From: Candidatus Krumholzibacteriota bacterium
Lineage (GTDB): Bacteria > Krumholzibacteriota > Krumholzibacteriia > JAJRXK01
Direction: 5' to 3'
Assembly: GCA_963727455.1 (NCBI GenBank)
Contig: CAVSGG010000007.1
Coordinates: 115,478-179,477 of the forward strand
Length of the DNA stretch: 64,000 nucleotides
The notes under the pieces were generated by a model. That model did not search any database. It was not told the origin of the DNA and was given only the letters and a program-made list of their open reading frames with translations. The translations under genes were made by a program, and so were the position numbers. Of the stretch, positions 9,991-19,301 are shown piece after piece; position 1 is the stretch's first letter, and the number at the start of each line of letters is the position of its first letter.

Positions 9991-11253
9991 GTGCTCGACC
10001 GCCGCTTCATCCGCGAACACGAAGCCGAAGTACGTCAGGGAATCATTGACAAGAATGAGTCCGCCAAGCTGGATGATTTCCTCTCCGCCGACCGCCGCCG
10101 GCGCGAGCTTCTGGTGGAAGTGGAGGCGCTGAGAGCCCGGCGCAACCAGGCCTCGCAGGAGATCGGAGAGGCCAAGAAGAGCGGGCAGGACGCCAGGGAG
10201 GCAATCGCCTCCATGAAGAAGGTCTCAGACGAGATCAAAGCGGGAGAGGGACGGCTCGTCGAACTCGACGAAGAACTCTCGAGGCTCGAGCTGAGCATTC
10301 CGAATCTTCCCGATCCCGACGTACCGCGCGGCACCGAAGAAGCGAACGAGGTAATTCGCAGTTGGGGAGAGCCGAAAGCTCTGGACTACGCCAAGCCGCA
10401 CTGGGAGACGGGGGAGCGTCTGGGCTTGCTGGATCTTGAGGCTGCGGCGCGCATGAGCGGCAGCGGATTTTTTCTTTTGAAGGGGGCCGGCGCCCGGCTT
10501 GAACGCGCGCTGATCAACTGGTTTCTCGACGTGCATCTGGAGCAGGGTTATCAGGAAATCAATGCGCCGTATCTGGTTCGCGACCACGCGGTGCGGGGCA
10601 CGGGCCAGCTGCCGAAGTTGGCCGACGACATGTACCAGACCACCGAGGACGGGCTGTGGCTCATTCCCACCGCCGAAGTTTCGGTGACTAACATCCATCG
10701 CGAGAGCATTCTCGCCCCCGACGACCTGCCGCGCCGCTATGTTTCGTTCAGCCCCTGCTTTCGCCGCGAGGCGGGCAGCGCGGGCAAGGACACTCGTGGC
10801 ATGTTGCGCGTCCATCAATTTCACAAGGTGGAGATGGTTCGTTTTTGCCGCCCGGAGGATAGCGAACGCGAACTGGAAGAGCTGGTCATCAACGCGACGG
10901 ATCTCCTGGAGGGTCTGCAGCTGCCCTATCGGGTGGTGAAGCTCGCCACCGCGGACCTCTCCTTCGCGGCCGCCAAGTGCTACGATCTCGAAGTCTACTC
11001 CCCGGGCGTGGACGCCTGGCTCGAGGTGAGCTCATGCAGCAATTTCCGCGATTTCCAGGCGCGGCGGGCGCAGATTCGCTGGCGGCGGGCGAAGGGGGAG
11101 AAGCCCATCTTCGTGCACACGCTGAACGGAAGCGGACTCGCGCTTCCTCGCGTTCTCGTCGCAATCATGGAGAACTATCTCACGGGCACGGGCAAGATCC
11201 GTGTCCCTGAGGTTCTGCGACCCTATATGGGGGGCGTGGAATACATCGGCTGA
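9991..11253 (+). CDS. serS: Serine--tRNA ligase
   Basis: GTG start with GGAGA RBS; N-terminal coiled coil; LIPTAE, FRREAG, HQFHKVE, EVSSCSN, HTLNGSGLA. Confidence 0.98.
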   Translation: MLDRRFIREHEAEVRQGIIDKNESAKLDDFLSADRRRRELLVEVEALRARRNQASQEIGEAKKSGQDAREAIASMKKVSDEIKAGEGRLVELDEELSRLELSIPNLPDPDVPRGTEEANEVIRSWGEPKALDYAKPHWETGERLGLLDLEAAARMSGSGFFLLKGAGARLERALINWFLDVHLEQGYQEINAPYLVRDHAVRGTGQLPKLADDMYQTTEDGLWLIPTAEVSVTNIHRESILAPDDLPRRYVSFSPCFRREAGSAGKDTRGMLRVHQFHKVEMVRFCRPEDSERELEELVINATDLLEGLQLPYRVVKLATADLSFAAAKCYDLEVYSPGVDAWLEVSSCSNFRDFQARRAQIRWRRAKGEKPIFVHTLNGSGLALPRVLVAIMENYLTGTGKIRVPEVLRPYMGGVEYIG

Positions 11254-11269
11254 ACGGGGCTTGAGAGCC

Positions 11270-12544
11270 ATGCCATCCGCGGTCTTGCGAGGTCCCACGG
11301 TGAGGGCGCTCCTCAAGAGCTACTTGCTCTTGGGTCTCGCGCTCATCGTCCTGGCGATCGTGGTCTTCTCCCTCAATCTCAACCGGGCAGTGGAGCGCCA
11401 GGCGGGACTGACGACGCGCCTGTTGGCGGACCTCGCCGCCGAGCGGCTGCTCTCGGAGAATCCCAATCAGCTCCGCGACCTGCGCGAGGCCATGGATGAG
11501 CTCTCCGTACCGGTCATCATGACCGACGCAGCCGGTCTGCCGGTGTTTTGGAACGCGAGCCAGGTCGGCATCGCGCTTCCGGACAACCCCGATGCCTTCA
11601 AGAACGAGAATCCTCAAAACCCCCATGACCCGGTTCTGAAGAAGTTGCTGGAGAAGGTGACGGAATTCGACCATCACCGTGCGCCGCTGAACGTGAGTGA
11701 TCCCGAGGGCGGAACCATCTTCTATCTGCACTACGGCGAGAACGAACTCACGCGACGACTCACGATCATGCCCCTGCTCGAAGCGGCTCTCATCGTGGCC
11801 TTCATGGGAGTGGCCTTGGTCGCCTTCCGCAATCTCAAACGCAGTGAGGAGCGCAGCCTCTGGGTGGGGATGGCCAAGGAGACCGCTCACCAGATGGGGA
11901 CGCCACTCACCAGTATGAGCGGGTGGCTCGCTCTCTTGAGCGAGGAGACGGCGGAGGGCAAGGAACACGCTGGCGAACCCGCTTCGAAGGTGGATCGCCA
12001 TCAGGTACTCAAGGAACTCGAGCGCGATCATGCGAGACTCGCCAAGGTCTCGGACCGCTTCTCCCAAATCGGCAGTCGCCCCAAGCTCGTGTCGGCGCGC
12101 GTAGATCAACTCGTGGAAAACGCGTGCGCGTATTTTCGCCGCCGATTGCCTCATCTCAAGAGTCACGTGGAGATCAGCAGTTCCATCGAGGAGACTCCGC
12201 TCGCGCCGGTCAATCCCGAGCTCTTGGAGTGGGCCCTGGAGAATCTCATCAAGAATGCTCTGGACGCCATCGACAAGGAACAGGGTCTGGTGAAGGTTGC
12301 CTGCCGTTACGACGCGGAGGACATGGAAGTGGTGATCTCGGTCACCGACAACGGGAAGGGCATGACACCGGCGGTGCAGCGCCGGGTCTTCGCGCCGGGA
12401 TTTTCGACGCGGGAAGGCGGTTGGGGTCTGGGGCTGGTGCTCGTGAAGCGAATTGTGGACGAGTATCACGGGGGCAGCGTCGACGTGGCCTGGACCGAGC
12501 CGGGCCAAGGCAGCACCCTGCGCATCCGGCTGAAGACTCGCTGA
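11270..12544 (+). CDS. Membrane sensor histidine kinase
   Basis: Two TM segments; H-box WVGMAKETAHQMGTP; ENLIKNALDA, DNGKG, GWGLGL. Confidence 0.92.
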   Translation: MPSAVLRGPTVRALLKSYLLLGLALIVLAIVVFSLNLNRAVERQAGLTTRLLADLAAERLLSENPNQLRDLREAMDELSVPVIMTDAAGLPVFWNASQVGIALPDNPDAFKNENPQNPHDPVLKKLLEKVTEFDHHRAPLNVSDPEGGTIFYLHYGENELTRRLTIMPLLEAALIVAFMGVALVAFRNLKRSEERSLWVGMAKETAHQMGTPLTSMSGWLALLSEETAEGKEHAGEPASKVDRHQVLKELERDHARLAKVSDRFSQIGSRPKLVSARVDQLVENACAYFRRRLPHLKSHVEISSSIEETPLAPVNPELLEWALENLIKNALDAIDKEQGLVKVACRYDAEDMEVVISVTDNGKGMTPAVQRRVFAPGFSTREGGWGLGLVLVKRIVDEYHGGSVDVAWTEPGQGSTLRIRLKTR

Positions 12545-12606
12545 AAGCTCGTGGATTGCGCCGAATTGACTTAGCTTCTTTTCCAGGGATCCAGCCGGGA
12601 GAAGCC

Positions 12607-14160
12607 ATGCCGACACGTACCGTTCTGTGGGTCGACGATCAAATCGAGGAGCTGCGCAGCCAGATTCTCTTCCTTCAGGCCAAGGGTTTCGAGGTCGAAG
12701 GAGTGAGCAACGGTGATGACGCCCTCGCCCTGCTCAAAGAGCGTCGCTTCGACGTGATCTTGCTCGACGAAATGATGCCCGGGCGCAATGGCATCGAGAC
12801 GCTCCAGGGAATTCGTCAGCTCAACGACAACGTCCCGGTAATCATGATCACCAAGAGCGACGAAGAGGAGCTCATGGACCGCGCCCTGGGCCGTCGCATC
12901 AACGACTTTCTGGTGAAGCCGGTCAATCCCAACCAGATCCTGCTCTCGCTGAAAAAGACCCTCGACGAGGAGGCCATCCAGGAACGCCAGGTGGCGCAGG
13001 ACTATCTGCGAGGCTTCAATCAACTCACGCGCGACCGCCTGGAAGCGCGCAGCCACGAAGACTGGTCGAGGATCTTCGAGAAACTCGTCAGCTGGGAGCT
13101 CAGGCTGGGGGAGCTGTCCGACACCTCCTTGGTGCAAACTCATCGCGAGCAGTTGCGCGATGCCAACAACAACTTTGGACGTTTCGTGGAGGACAATTAC
13201 AAGTCCTGGATGAGTTCTCATGAGCGCCCGGTCATGAGCACCGACGTGGTCCAAAAGTGGGTCGCACCGCACTTGCGGGCGGGCAAGAAGGTCTTTTTCT
13301 TCGTGATCGATTGCATGCGCCTGGACCAGTGGCGTCAACTCGCGAGTTTTCTCACTCCCATGTATCAGCTCGAGGAGAGCCTCTACTACAGCATGCTTCC
13401 CTCGGCGACCCCCTTCGCGCGCAACGCCATCTTCGCCGGCCTGAGTCCCCTGGAAATCTCTAAGCGTTATCCCAAGTGGTGGCGCGGTTCGGCGCGCGAG
13501 GAGCGCAGCAAGAACGCGTTCGAGCCGCAGCTGCTCCAGGCGCAGCTGGAGCGCATCGGCCTCGGCCAGATGGGCTTCAAGTACTTCAAGACCTTCAACA
13601 TCGACGAAACAGAGGCGATGGCGAAACAGATCCCCAGCTTGGGTGACGTACCTCTGGTCGTGGGGGTGATCAACTTCCTGGACATCCTCGCCCACGGACG
13701 GTCCACCAACGATTTGCTCATGGAGCTTGCACCCGATGAAGTCGCCTTCCGAAGCGTGATGCGCTCGTGGTTCCAACATTCGGCGATCTTCGATCTGCTG
13801 AAGTCGCTGGCGCAGACCAGCGGCAACGTGGTGGTCATTACGACCGATCACGGGTCGGTACAAGTGCGCAAGGCGGCCAAGGTGAAAGCCAAGAAAGAGG
13901 CCTCCAACAACGTGCGCTACAAATACGGCGACAATTTGAACGTCGATGCCCGCACTGCGTTCATCATGAAAAATCCGCCCGATTACGGTCTACCGAAGGA
14001 CTCTCCCATCCAGAACTACATCTGTGCCAAGGACTACAACTACTTCGTGTATCCCACGAACTATCACGAGTACGAACGGCAGTACCGCGGTTCGTTTCAG
14101 CACGGGGGGATTTCCCTGGAAGAGATGATCGTGCCCTGCTGCACTCTCACGGTGGAATGA
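12607..14160 (+). CDS. porX: PorX-like response regulator (REC + PglZ/alkaline phosphatase domain)
   Basis: LWVDD, LLDEMMPG receiver; IDCMRLDQW, LPSATPFARNAIF, TTDHG, FQHGGISLEEM; followed by tsaE as in Bacteroidota. Confidence 0.88.
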   Translation: MPTRTVLWVDDQIEELRSQILFLQAKGFEVEGVSNGDDALALLKERRFDVILLDEMMPGRNGIETLQGIRQLNDNVPVIMITKSDEEELMDRALGRRINDFLVKPVNPNQILLSLKKTLDEEAIQERQVAQDYLRGFNQLTRDRLEARSHEDWSRIFEKLVSWELRLGELSDTSLVQTHREQLRDANNNFGRFVEDNYKSWMSSHERPVMSTDVVQKWVAPHLRAGKKVFFFVIDCMRLDQWRQLASFLTPMYQLEESLYYSMLPSATPFARNAIFAGLSPLEISKRYPKWWRGSAREERSKNAFEPQLLQAQLERIGLGQMGFKYFKTFNIDETEAMAKQIPSLGDVPLVVGVINFLDILAHGRSTNDLLMELAPDEVAFRSVMRSWFQHSAIFDLLKSLAQTSGNVVVITTDHGSVQVRKAAKVKAKKEASNNVRYKYGDNLNVDARTAFIMKNPPDYGLPKDSPIQNYICAKDYNYFVYPTNYHEYERQYRGSFQHGGISLEEMIVPCCTLTVE

Positions 14161-14164
14161 GCCA

Positions 14165-14677
14165 ATGGGCGAGCGGCTGGTCGCCGAAACCCATAGCGTC
14201 TTGGAAACGACGCAGCTAGCCGCCGCCCTGGCGGCAGAGCTCCGCGCGGGAGATGCGGTCTGTCTCTTCGGAGATCTCGGCGCGGGGAAAACTACTTTCG
14301 TGAAGGGCGTGCTGTCCGCGCTGGGCGCCGATGAACGCATCGTGACTTCACCCACCTTCACTCTGGAAAATCGTTACCCTCTGAACGGGACGCATGGAAT
14401 CGCCGAGGCCGTTCACGCCGATCTCTACCGTATGGAGGGAAGGGTCGAAGAGGACCTCTGCGCGTCCCTCCTGGAGGCGAGGGAGGAGGGAGCCCTCATT
14501 CTGGTTGAGTGGGCGGAGGCGCTGAGCGAATACCTCGCGCCATGTTATATCCTGCGTCTCACTTTGGCACAGGGAGCGGCTGCGAGGAGCACGACCCGCA
14601 GCTTGGAGTTGTCGCATACGCGGGAGGAACTCGCGCCCGGCTTGAACTCGGCGTGGAAGGGAAAGAGGAGCGCATGA
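14165..14677 (+). CDS. tsaE: tRNA t6A biosynthesis ATPase TsaE
   Basis: GDLGAGKTT, SPTF, HADLYR, VEW. Confidence 0.95.
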   Translation: MGERLVAETHSVLETTQLAAALAAELRAGDAVCLFGDLGAGKTTFVKGVLSALGADERIVTSPTFTLENRYPLNGTHGIAEAVHADLYRMEGRVEEDLCASLLEAREEGALILVEWAEALSEYLAPCYILRLTLAQGAAARSTTRSLELSHTREELAPGLNSAWKGKRSA

Positions 14678-15468
14678 GCCTGATCTTGGCCCTCGATTCC
14701 TCCCGCCGTCGTGGCGGTTCCGTCGCTCTCGCCGAGGGTCAAAGACTCTTGGCTCTCATCGAGCACGATCCGGCCCAGGGCTACGCGGAGGCCTTCTTTG
14801 GACTCGCGGATCGCGCGCTGGAAACGGCGGGTCGCCGTCGCGAGGAGATCGAGCAACTGGCCGTGGTGACCGGGCCCGGTTCCTATACTGGTCTGCGTAT
14901 CGGGGTGATGACCGCCAAGAGTCTCGCGCACGCCGATTCGCTGGCGCTCTTTGGCTGTAGCAGTCTCGAGCTGATTGCCGGTCGAGCGCTCCTCGCGCCG
15001 AAGGACCCGCAAGCGGCTCCGGCGCCGGACGGGCCGACGACAGAAACGTCGGCACGCATTCTGGCGCTGATGGAGGCGGGACGGGAGGCAGTTTATGCCG
15101 CCGTGTACGATGCTCGGAGCACGGCTCTGCACCTCGTGCGTTCCCCGTGGCGGGCCCTCTTTTCGAGTTTGCAGGACGACTTGAAAGAGGAGTTTGGGCC
15201 CAATCTGATCTCCGCGGACGGCGAAGAGACCCTCGCGCTCGCGCGTGATGCAGCCCCCGAACTCTTCGGCGGAACCGAAATTCTGAAACCGGTCCCGCTA
15301 GCGGAAACCCTGGCTTTGACGGTGGCCGCAAAGTGTCCCTGGTGTGAAAGGGTGGATCCCGCTGCCCTGCTTCCGGTCTACCTTGGGCCCAGCCAGGCCG
15401 AACGCGCGGCTGGAATCAGGGTCAAAGCGGAGCATCTGAAATCCTTCGACAAGAAGCGCTCGCAATGA
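14674..15468 (+). CDS. tsaB: tRNA t6A biosynthesis protein TsaB
   Basis: ILALDSS, GPGSYTGLRIG; ATGA overlap with tsaE. Confidence 0.93.
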   Translation: MSLILALDSSRRRGGSVALAEGQRLLALIEHDPAQGYAEAFFGLADRALETAGRRREEIEQLAVVTGPGSYTGLRIGVMTAKSLAHADSLALFGCSSLELIAGRALLAPKDPQAAPAPDGPTTETSARILALMEAGREAVYAAVYDARSTALHLVRSPWRALFSSLQDDLKEEFGPNLISADGEETLALARDAAPELFGGTEILKPVPLAETLALTVAAKCPWCERVDPAALLPVYLGPSQAERAAGIRVKAEHLKSFDKKRSQ

Positions 15469-15950
15469 GCGATCTGGCGATTCGTCCAGCCACTCTCAGC
15501 GACTTGAACACGATCCGTGCCATGGAGGCGAGCATCTTCTCTAATCCCTGGAGCGAGGAAATGATCGCAGCCGAGCTCAGGGGCGATCCCCTCCGCATCG
15601 CGTTGCTCGCCCTGCAGGGGGAGACGCCCGTCGCTTACATCTTCTGCTGGGCCGTGGCCGACGAGCTGCACGTGGTCAATTTGGGGGTGATCGAAGCGAA
15701 GCGGCGCAAGGGCTACGGTCGGGCTCTCCTGGAGGCGGTGCTTAACCACCCGCGTGCCAGCGAAGCTTGCCTGGTCACCCTGGAGGTGCGAGCGGAGAAC
15801 GAATCGGCGCGGACTTTCTACCGCCAAAACGGCTTCAAAGAAATCGCCCTACGAAGGGGCTATTATCCGGATACTGGCGAAGATGCGGTAGTCATGCTCA
15901 AGAATCTGGCCTCAACGGGCAGTACTTCCCCCGATCCCGAGGCGCTCTAG
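15465..15950 (+). CDS. rimI: Ribosomal protein S18 alanine N-acetyltransferase
   Basis: GNAT RRKGYG, LEVRAEN, RRGYY, EDAVVM; follows tsaB. Confidence 0.92.
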   Translation: MSDLAIRPATLSDLNTIRAMEASIFSNPWSEEMIAAELRGDPLRIALLALQGETPVAYIFCWAVADELHVVNLGVIEAKRRKGYGRALLEAVLNHPRASEACLVTLEVRAENESARTFYRQNGFKEIALRRGYYPDTGEDAVVMLKNLASTGSTSPDPEAL

Positions 15951-16051
15951 GGCGGCGGCCGCTTCGGAAAGCAATTGTCGAAAGATGCAAAAGAGGCCTA
16001 GATTGAAGACCAGTTCCGTCCTTGAAGAGACCATCGGGAGAGGGTAGCCCC

Positions 16052-16966
16052 ATGCCATCCTGGCTGAAGCGCGCGCGCAAGGGAATCGAGCAGTTGCGGA
16101 AGGACGGCACCAAGGTGCGTCCGCATCTGGAGGTTCCGGAGAATCTCTGGACCAAGTGCTCGTCCTGCGGCGACCTCATCTATCACAAGGAGCTCGCGGC
16201 GAATCTCTGGGTTTGCTACCAATGCGGCCATCACATGGCCATCACCACCGAACAGTATCTGCATTTGCTGGTGGATGAGGGCTCCTTCGAAGAAACGCAC
16301 CGCGGACTGGTGAGCGGCGACCCTCTGAATTTCAAGGACTCCAAACGCTACCGCGATCGGATCAAGGACAACCGAAACAAGACGGGCAAGGAAGACGCCG
16401 TGCTCACTGGGTTTGCCGAGATCTACGGAGTCAAGACCGCCCTGAGCGTCATGGACTTCTCCTTTCTCGGAGGCAGCATGGGTTCGGTGGTGGGGGAGAA
16501 AATCGCTCGCTGCGTGAAGGACGGAATCACGAACGAACTCCCCGTCATCATTCTCAGCCGCAGCGGCGGCGCGCGTATGCAGGAGTCGATCCTGTCGCTC
16601 ATGCAAATGGCGAAGACGAGTGCGATGCTCGCGCGGCTCACGGAAGAAGGACTGCCCTTCATCTCCATTCTGACCAATCCTACCACCGGGGGCGTCACGG
16701 CCAGCTTCGCCATGCTCGGAGACGTCATCTTTGCCGAGCCAGGGGCGCTCATCGGTTTCGCCGGACCGAGGGTCATTCAACAGACGATCAATGCCGAGCT
16801 TCCACAGGGCTTCCAGCGAAGCGAATTCCTCCTCGAGCACGGGATGGTGGATCGCATCGTGGAGCGCAAGAATCTCAAGCACGAGGTGCACGAGGCTCTT
16901 CGTTTCTTTTGCGATGGTGTGAAGCCTTGGCGGGAGGAGTCCAATGGGGCCGGAGCCCATTCCTGA
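16052..16966 (+). CDS. accD: Acetyl-CoA carboxylase carboxyltransferase beta subunit
   Basis: WTKC..C zinc ribbon; GGSMGSVVGEK, SGGARMQE, PTTGGVTASF, GFAGPRVI. Confidence 0.97.
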   Translation: MPSWLKRARKGIEQLRKDGTKVRPHLEVPENLWTKCSSCGDLIYHKELAANLWVCYQCGHHMAITTEQYLHLLVDEGSFEETHRGLVSGDPLNFKDSKRYRDRIKDNRNKTGKEDAVLTGFAEIYGVKTALSVMDFSFLGGSMGSVVGEKIARCVKDGITNELPVIILSRSGGARMQESILSLMQMAKTSAMLARLTEEGLPFISILTNPTTGGVTASFAMLGDVIFAEPGALIGFAGPRVIQQTINAELPQGFQRSEFLLEHGMVDRIVERKNLKHEVHEALRFFCDGVKPWREESNGAGAHS

Positions 16967-18326
16967 GCAACTCGATCTCGACGCACTTCTCCCCCCTTTC
17001 CGCGCCACCGATGAAGCCGCCCGCTGGCTCTTTGGCTTGCAACGTTTGGGGATGCGTCTCGGTCTGTCCTCGATCAAAGCGCTCCTGGGCGACATGGGCC
17101 ATCCCGAGAGACAGATGCAGTGCATCGTGGTGGCGGGAACCAACGGCAAGGGTACTGCTTCCATCCTCTTCGACGCTTTGAGCCGGGCGGCCGAGAGAAG
17201 GACGGGTCTCTACACCAGTCCCCACATCTTGAAAATTCACGAGCGCGCTCTGGTGGATGGAGTGCCGATCTCCAGCGCCGAGCTTTCCGCGCTTCTGAGC
17301 GAATTCCGCGGGGCGATCATCGAAAGAGGTGCGACCTTTTTCGAGGCGATGACTGCACTCACCCTCTGTCACTTCGCGCGCAAGGGAGTGGAGCTGGCCG
17401 TGCTCGAAACCGGACTGGGGGGGCGCCTCGACGCGACGAACGCGGTGGATGCCTGTGGGGTGCTGTTGTGTTCGGTGGGCGCGGATCATCAGCACATCCT
17501 GGGTAACAGTCTGCGCGAGATCGCGACGGAAAAACTGAGCCTGGCCAAGCGGGGACGCCCCTTCTATCTGGGGCCGCTCCCGGCGCATCTCCGCGAGTAC
17601 GCCCTGGAGTTCCTGGCCGCACGCGGGGCGGAGGCGGTCGACATGAGCGGATGTCCTCCCTACCGGGGATCCATGCTCCAGAGAGGTCGGCACCAAGCGG
17701 CGCTGGCCTCGGTGGTGAGAGCGTGCTATGAGGATCTGAGCGCGCGTTATGACTGGCCCCAAGGCGATGCCGAGGCTGCTTTGGCCGAGCTGCGGTTTCC
17801 CTGCCGCTACGAGCTCGTCGGCTCGCGACCCGAACTGATCCTGGACACCGCGCACAACGCTCCGGCGTTGAAAAGTCTCTTGGACCAGTGGACCCGGGAG
17901 GGGAGGAAGGAGGACCGCATCTTGGTGTTGGGAGTAATGCGCGACAAGAAGTTGCGCAGAGTCCTGGCCAAGCTGCGCCTGAGCGCCGCACTGGTTCTCT
18001 GCACGGAGCCCACTTGGTATCGCTCGCTTCCCGCGGCGACGCTGCAGCGTTTGCTCCTGAACGCGCCCGAAGGGGGGGACTCACCGGTTCTCGAAGTGGG
18101 CGGAGTCCGAGAGAGCCTGCTCTATGCGCGCGCATGGGCGAAGCGCCGTCGCCAAGAAGGGGGACGTCCCTCCATTATGCTCACCGGCTCGAACTTCACG
18201 GTGGCGGAGGCGCTGGACCGGCTGGGCTTTGACGATATCCATGCGCCGGCCCGCCCGACACTCTGGGACGAAGGCGAGCCGCTACGCCGTCGTACCCGCA
18301 GGCAGAATCAGGAGGCATCGCGGTGA
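16944..18326 (+). CDS. folC: Dihydrofolate/folylpolyglutamate synthase
   Basis: VAGTNGKG, YTSPH, ETGLGGRLDATN, DTAHN; follows accD. Confidence 0.93.
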   Translation: MGPEPIPEQLDLDALLPPFRATDEAARWLFGLQRLGMRLGLSSIKALLGDMGHPERQMQCIVVAGTNGKGTASILFDALSRAAERRTGLYTSPHILKIHERALVDGVPISSAELSALLSEFRGAIIERGATFFEAMTALTLCHFARKGVELAVLETGLGGRLDATNAVDACGVLLCSVGADHQHILGNSLREIATEKLSLAKRGRPFYLGPLPAHLREYALEFLAARGAEAVDMSGCPPYRGSMLQRGRHQAALASVVRACYEDLSARYDWPQGDAEAALAELRFPCRYELVGSRPELILDTAHNAPALKSLLDQWTREGRKEDRILVLGVMRDKKLRRVLAKLRLSAALVLCTEPTWYRSLPAATLQRLLLNAPEGGDSPVLEVGGVRESLLYARAWAKRRRQEGGRPSIMLTGSNFTVAEALDRLGFDDIHAPARPTLWDEGEPLRRRTRRQNQEASR

Positions 18327-19300
18327 GCGCAGTTCTCGGCATCGATATCGGCGGGACCAGCTGCAAGCTGGTCTTGCTGGGTGATGACGACAAAATGAGC
18401 GAAGAAAGCAATTTCTCCACCCAAGATCTTTCCGGACCTTCGGATTTCCTGGAGCGCTTGCAAGAGGCGGTGATGCCCTGGTTGCGTTCGGCCGACGCAC
18501 CGCGCGCGGCCGGAGTGGCAGTGGCGGGACTCTTGACCAACGAGGGGATTTTGGAGGACGCGCCCAACCTGCAAGAGCTGCGCGGCTGGCGCGTGGCGGA
18601 CGAAGTCTCCGAGTGCCTTTTGGGTCTGCCCGTGGTGGCGGAGAACGACGTGAACGCGATGGCCTACGGAGAATTCGAGCTGGGTGCGGGCCGCGAGGCG
18701 CGGCATATGATTCTCCTCGCCTTGGGAACCGGCGTGGGTGGAGCCATTCTCATCGATGGGAAGCTTTACCGGGGAACTCGGGGGGTGGCTGGGGAGTTGG
18801 GACATATAACCCTCCAAGTCGACGGACCGGATTGCAGCTGTGGTGAGCCCGGCCATGTGGAGGCCTATCTGGGGAGTAAGGGGATCGCCGTCCTCGCGGG
18901 AAGCCGGCTCGACGCAGCGGATGACGAACAGAAGAAAGCACTGCTGGCGGCCTGTCGGGCCGAGGGCGAGCTTTCGACCCGCGCCATCGCGACGGCCGCA
19001 GAGAAGGGAGATCCCCTCAGCGCATCCATCTTGGCGGACGTCGGTCGTCTTCTGGGTTTGGTCTGCGCGAGTTACGTGAACATCTTCAACCCCGACGTCA
19101 TCGTGATCGGAGGGGGAGCTGCCCTGAGCGGAGACGCATTGTTGGGGCCGGCACGCAAGAGCATGAAAGAGCGGTCCATGCCCGCCGCCCGGAAGGGGGT
19201 GCGCATGGTGGCCGCCGAACTCGGGCTCCCCGCGGCGGCGATCGGAGCGGCCCTGCTCTCACGCCAAGCGCTCTCGGCGAATGGGGAGATGGAGTCCTGA
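18323..19300 (+). CDS. ROK family sugar kinase (glucokinase-like)
   Basis: GIDIGGT, ENDVNA, LGTGVGG, GELGH, CSCG. Confidence 0.92.
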   Translation: MSAVLGIDIGGTSCKLVLLGDDDKMSEESNFSTQDLSGPSDFLERLQEAVMPWLRSADAPRAAGVAVAGLLTNEGILEDAPNLQELRGWRVADEVSECLLGLPVVAENDVNAMAYGEFELGAGREARHMILLALGTGVGGAILIDGKLYRGTRGVAGELGHITLQVDGPDCSCGEPGHVEAYLGSKGIAVLAGSRLDAADDEQKKALLAACRAEGELSTRAIATAAEKGDPLSASILADVGRLLGLVCASYVNIFNPDVIVIGGGAALSGDALLGPARKSMKERSMPAARKGVRMVAAELGLPAAAIGAALLSRQALSANGEMES

Positions 19301-19301
19301 C

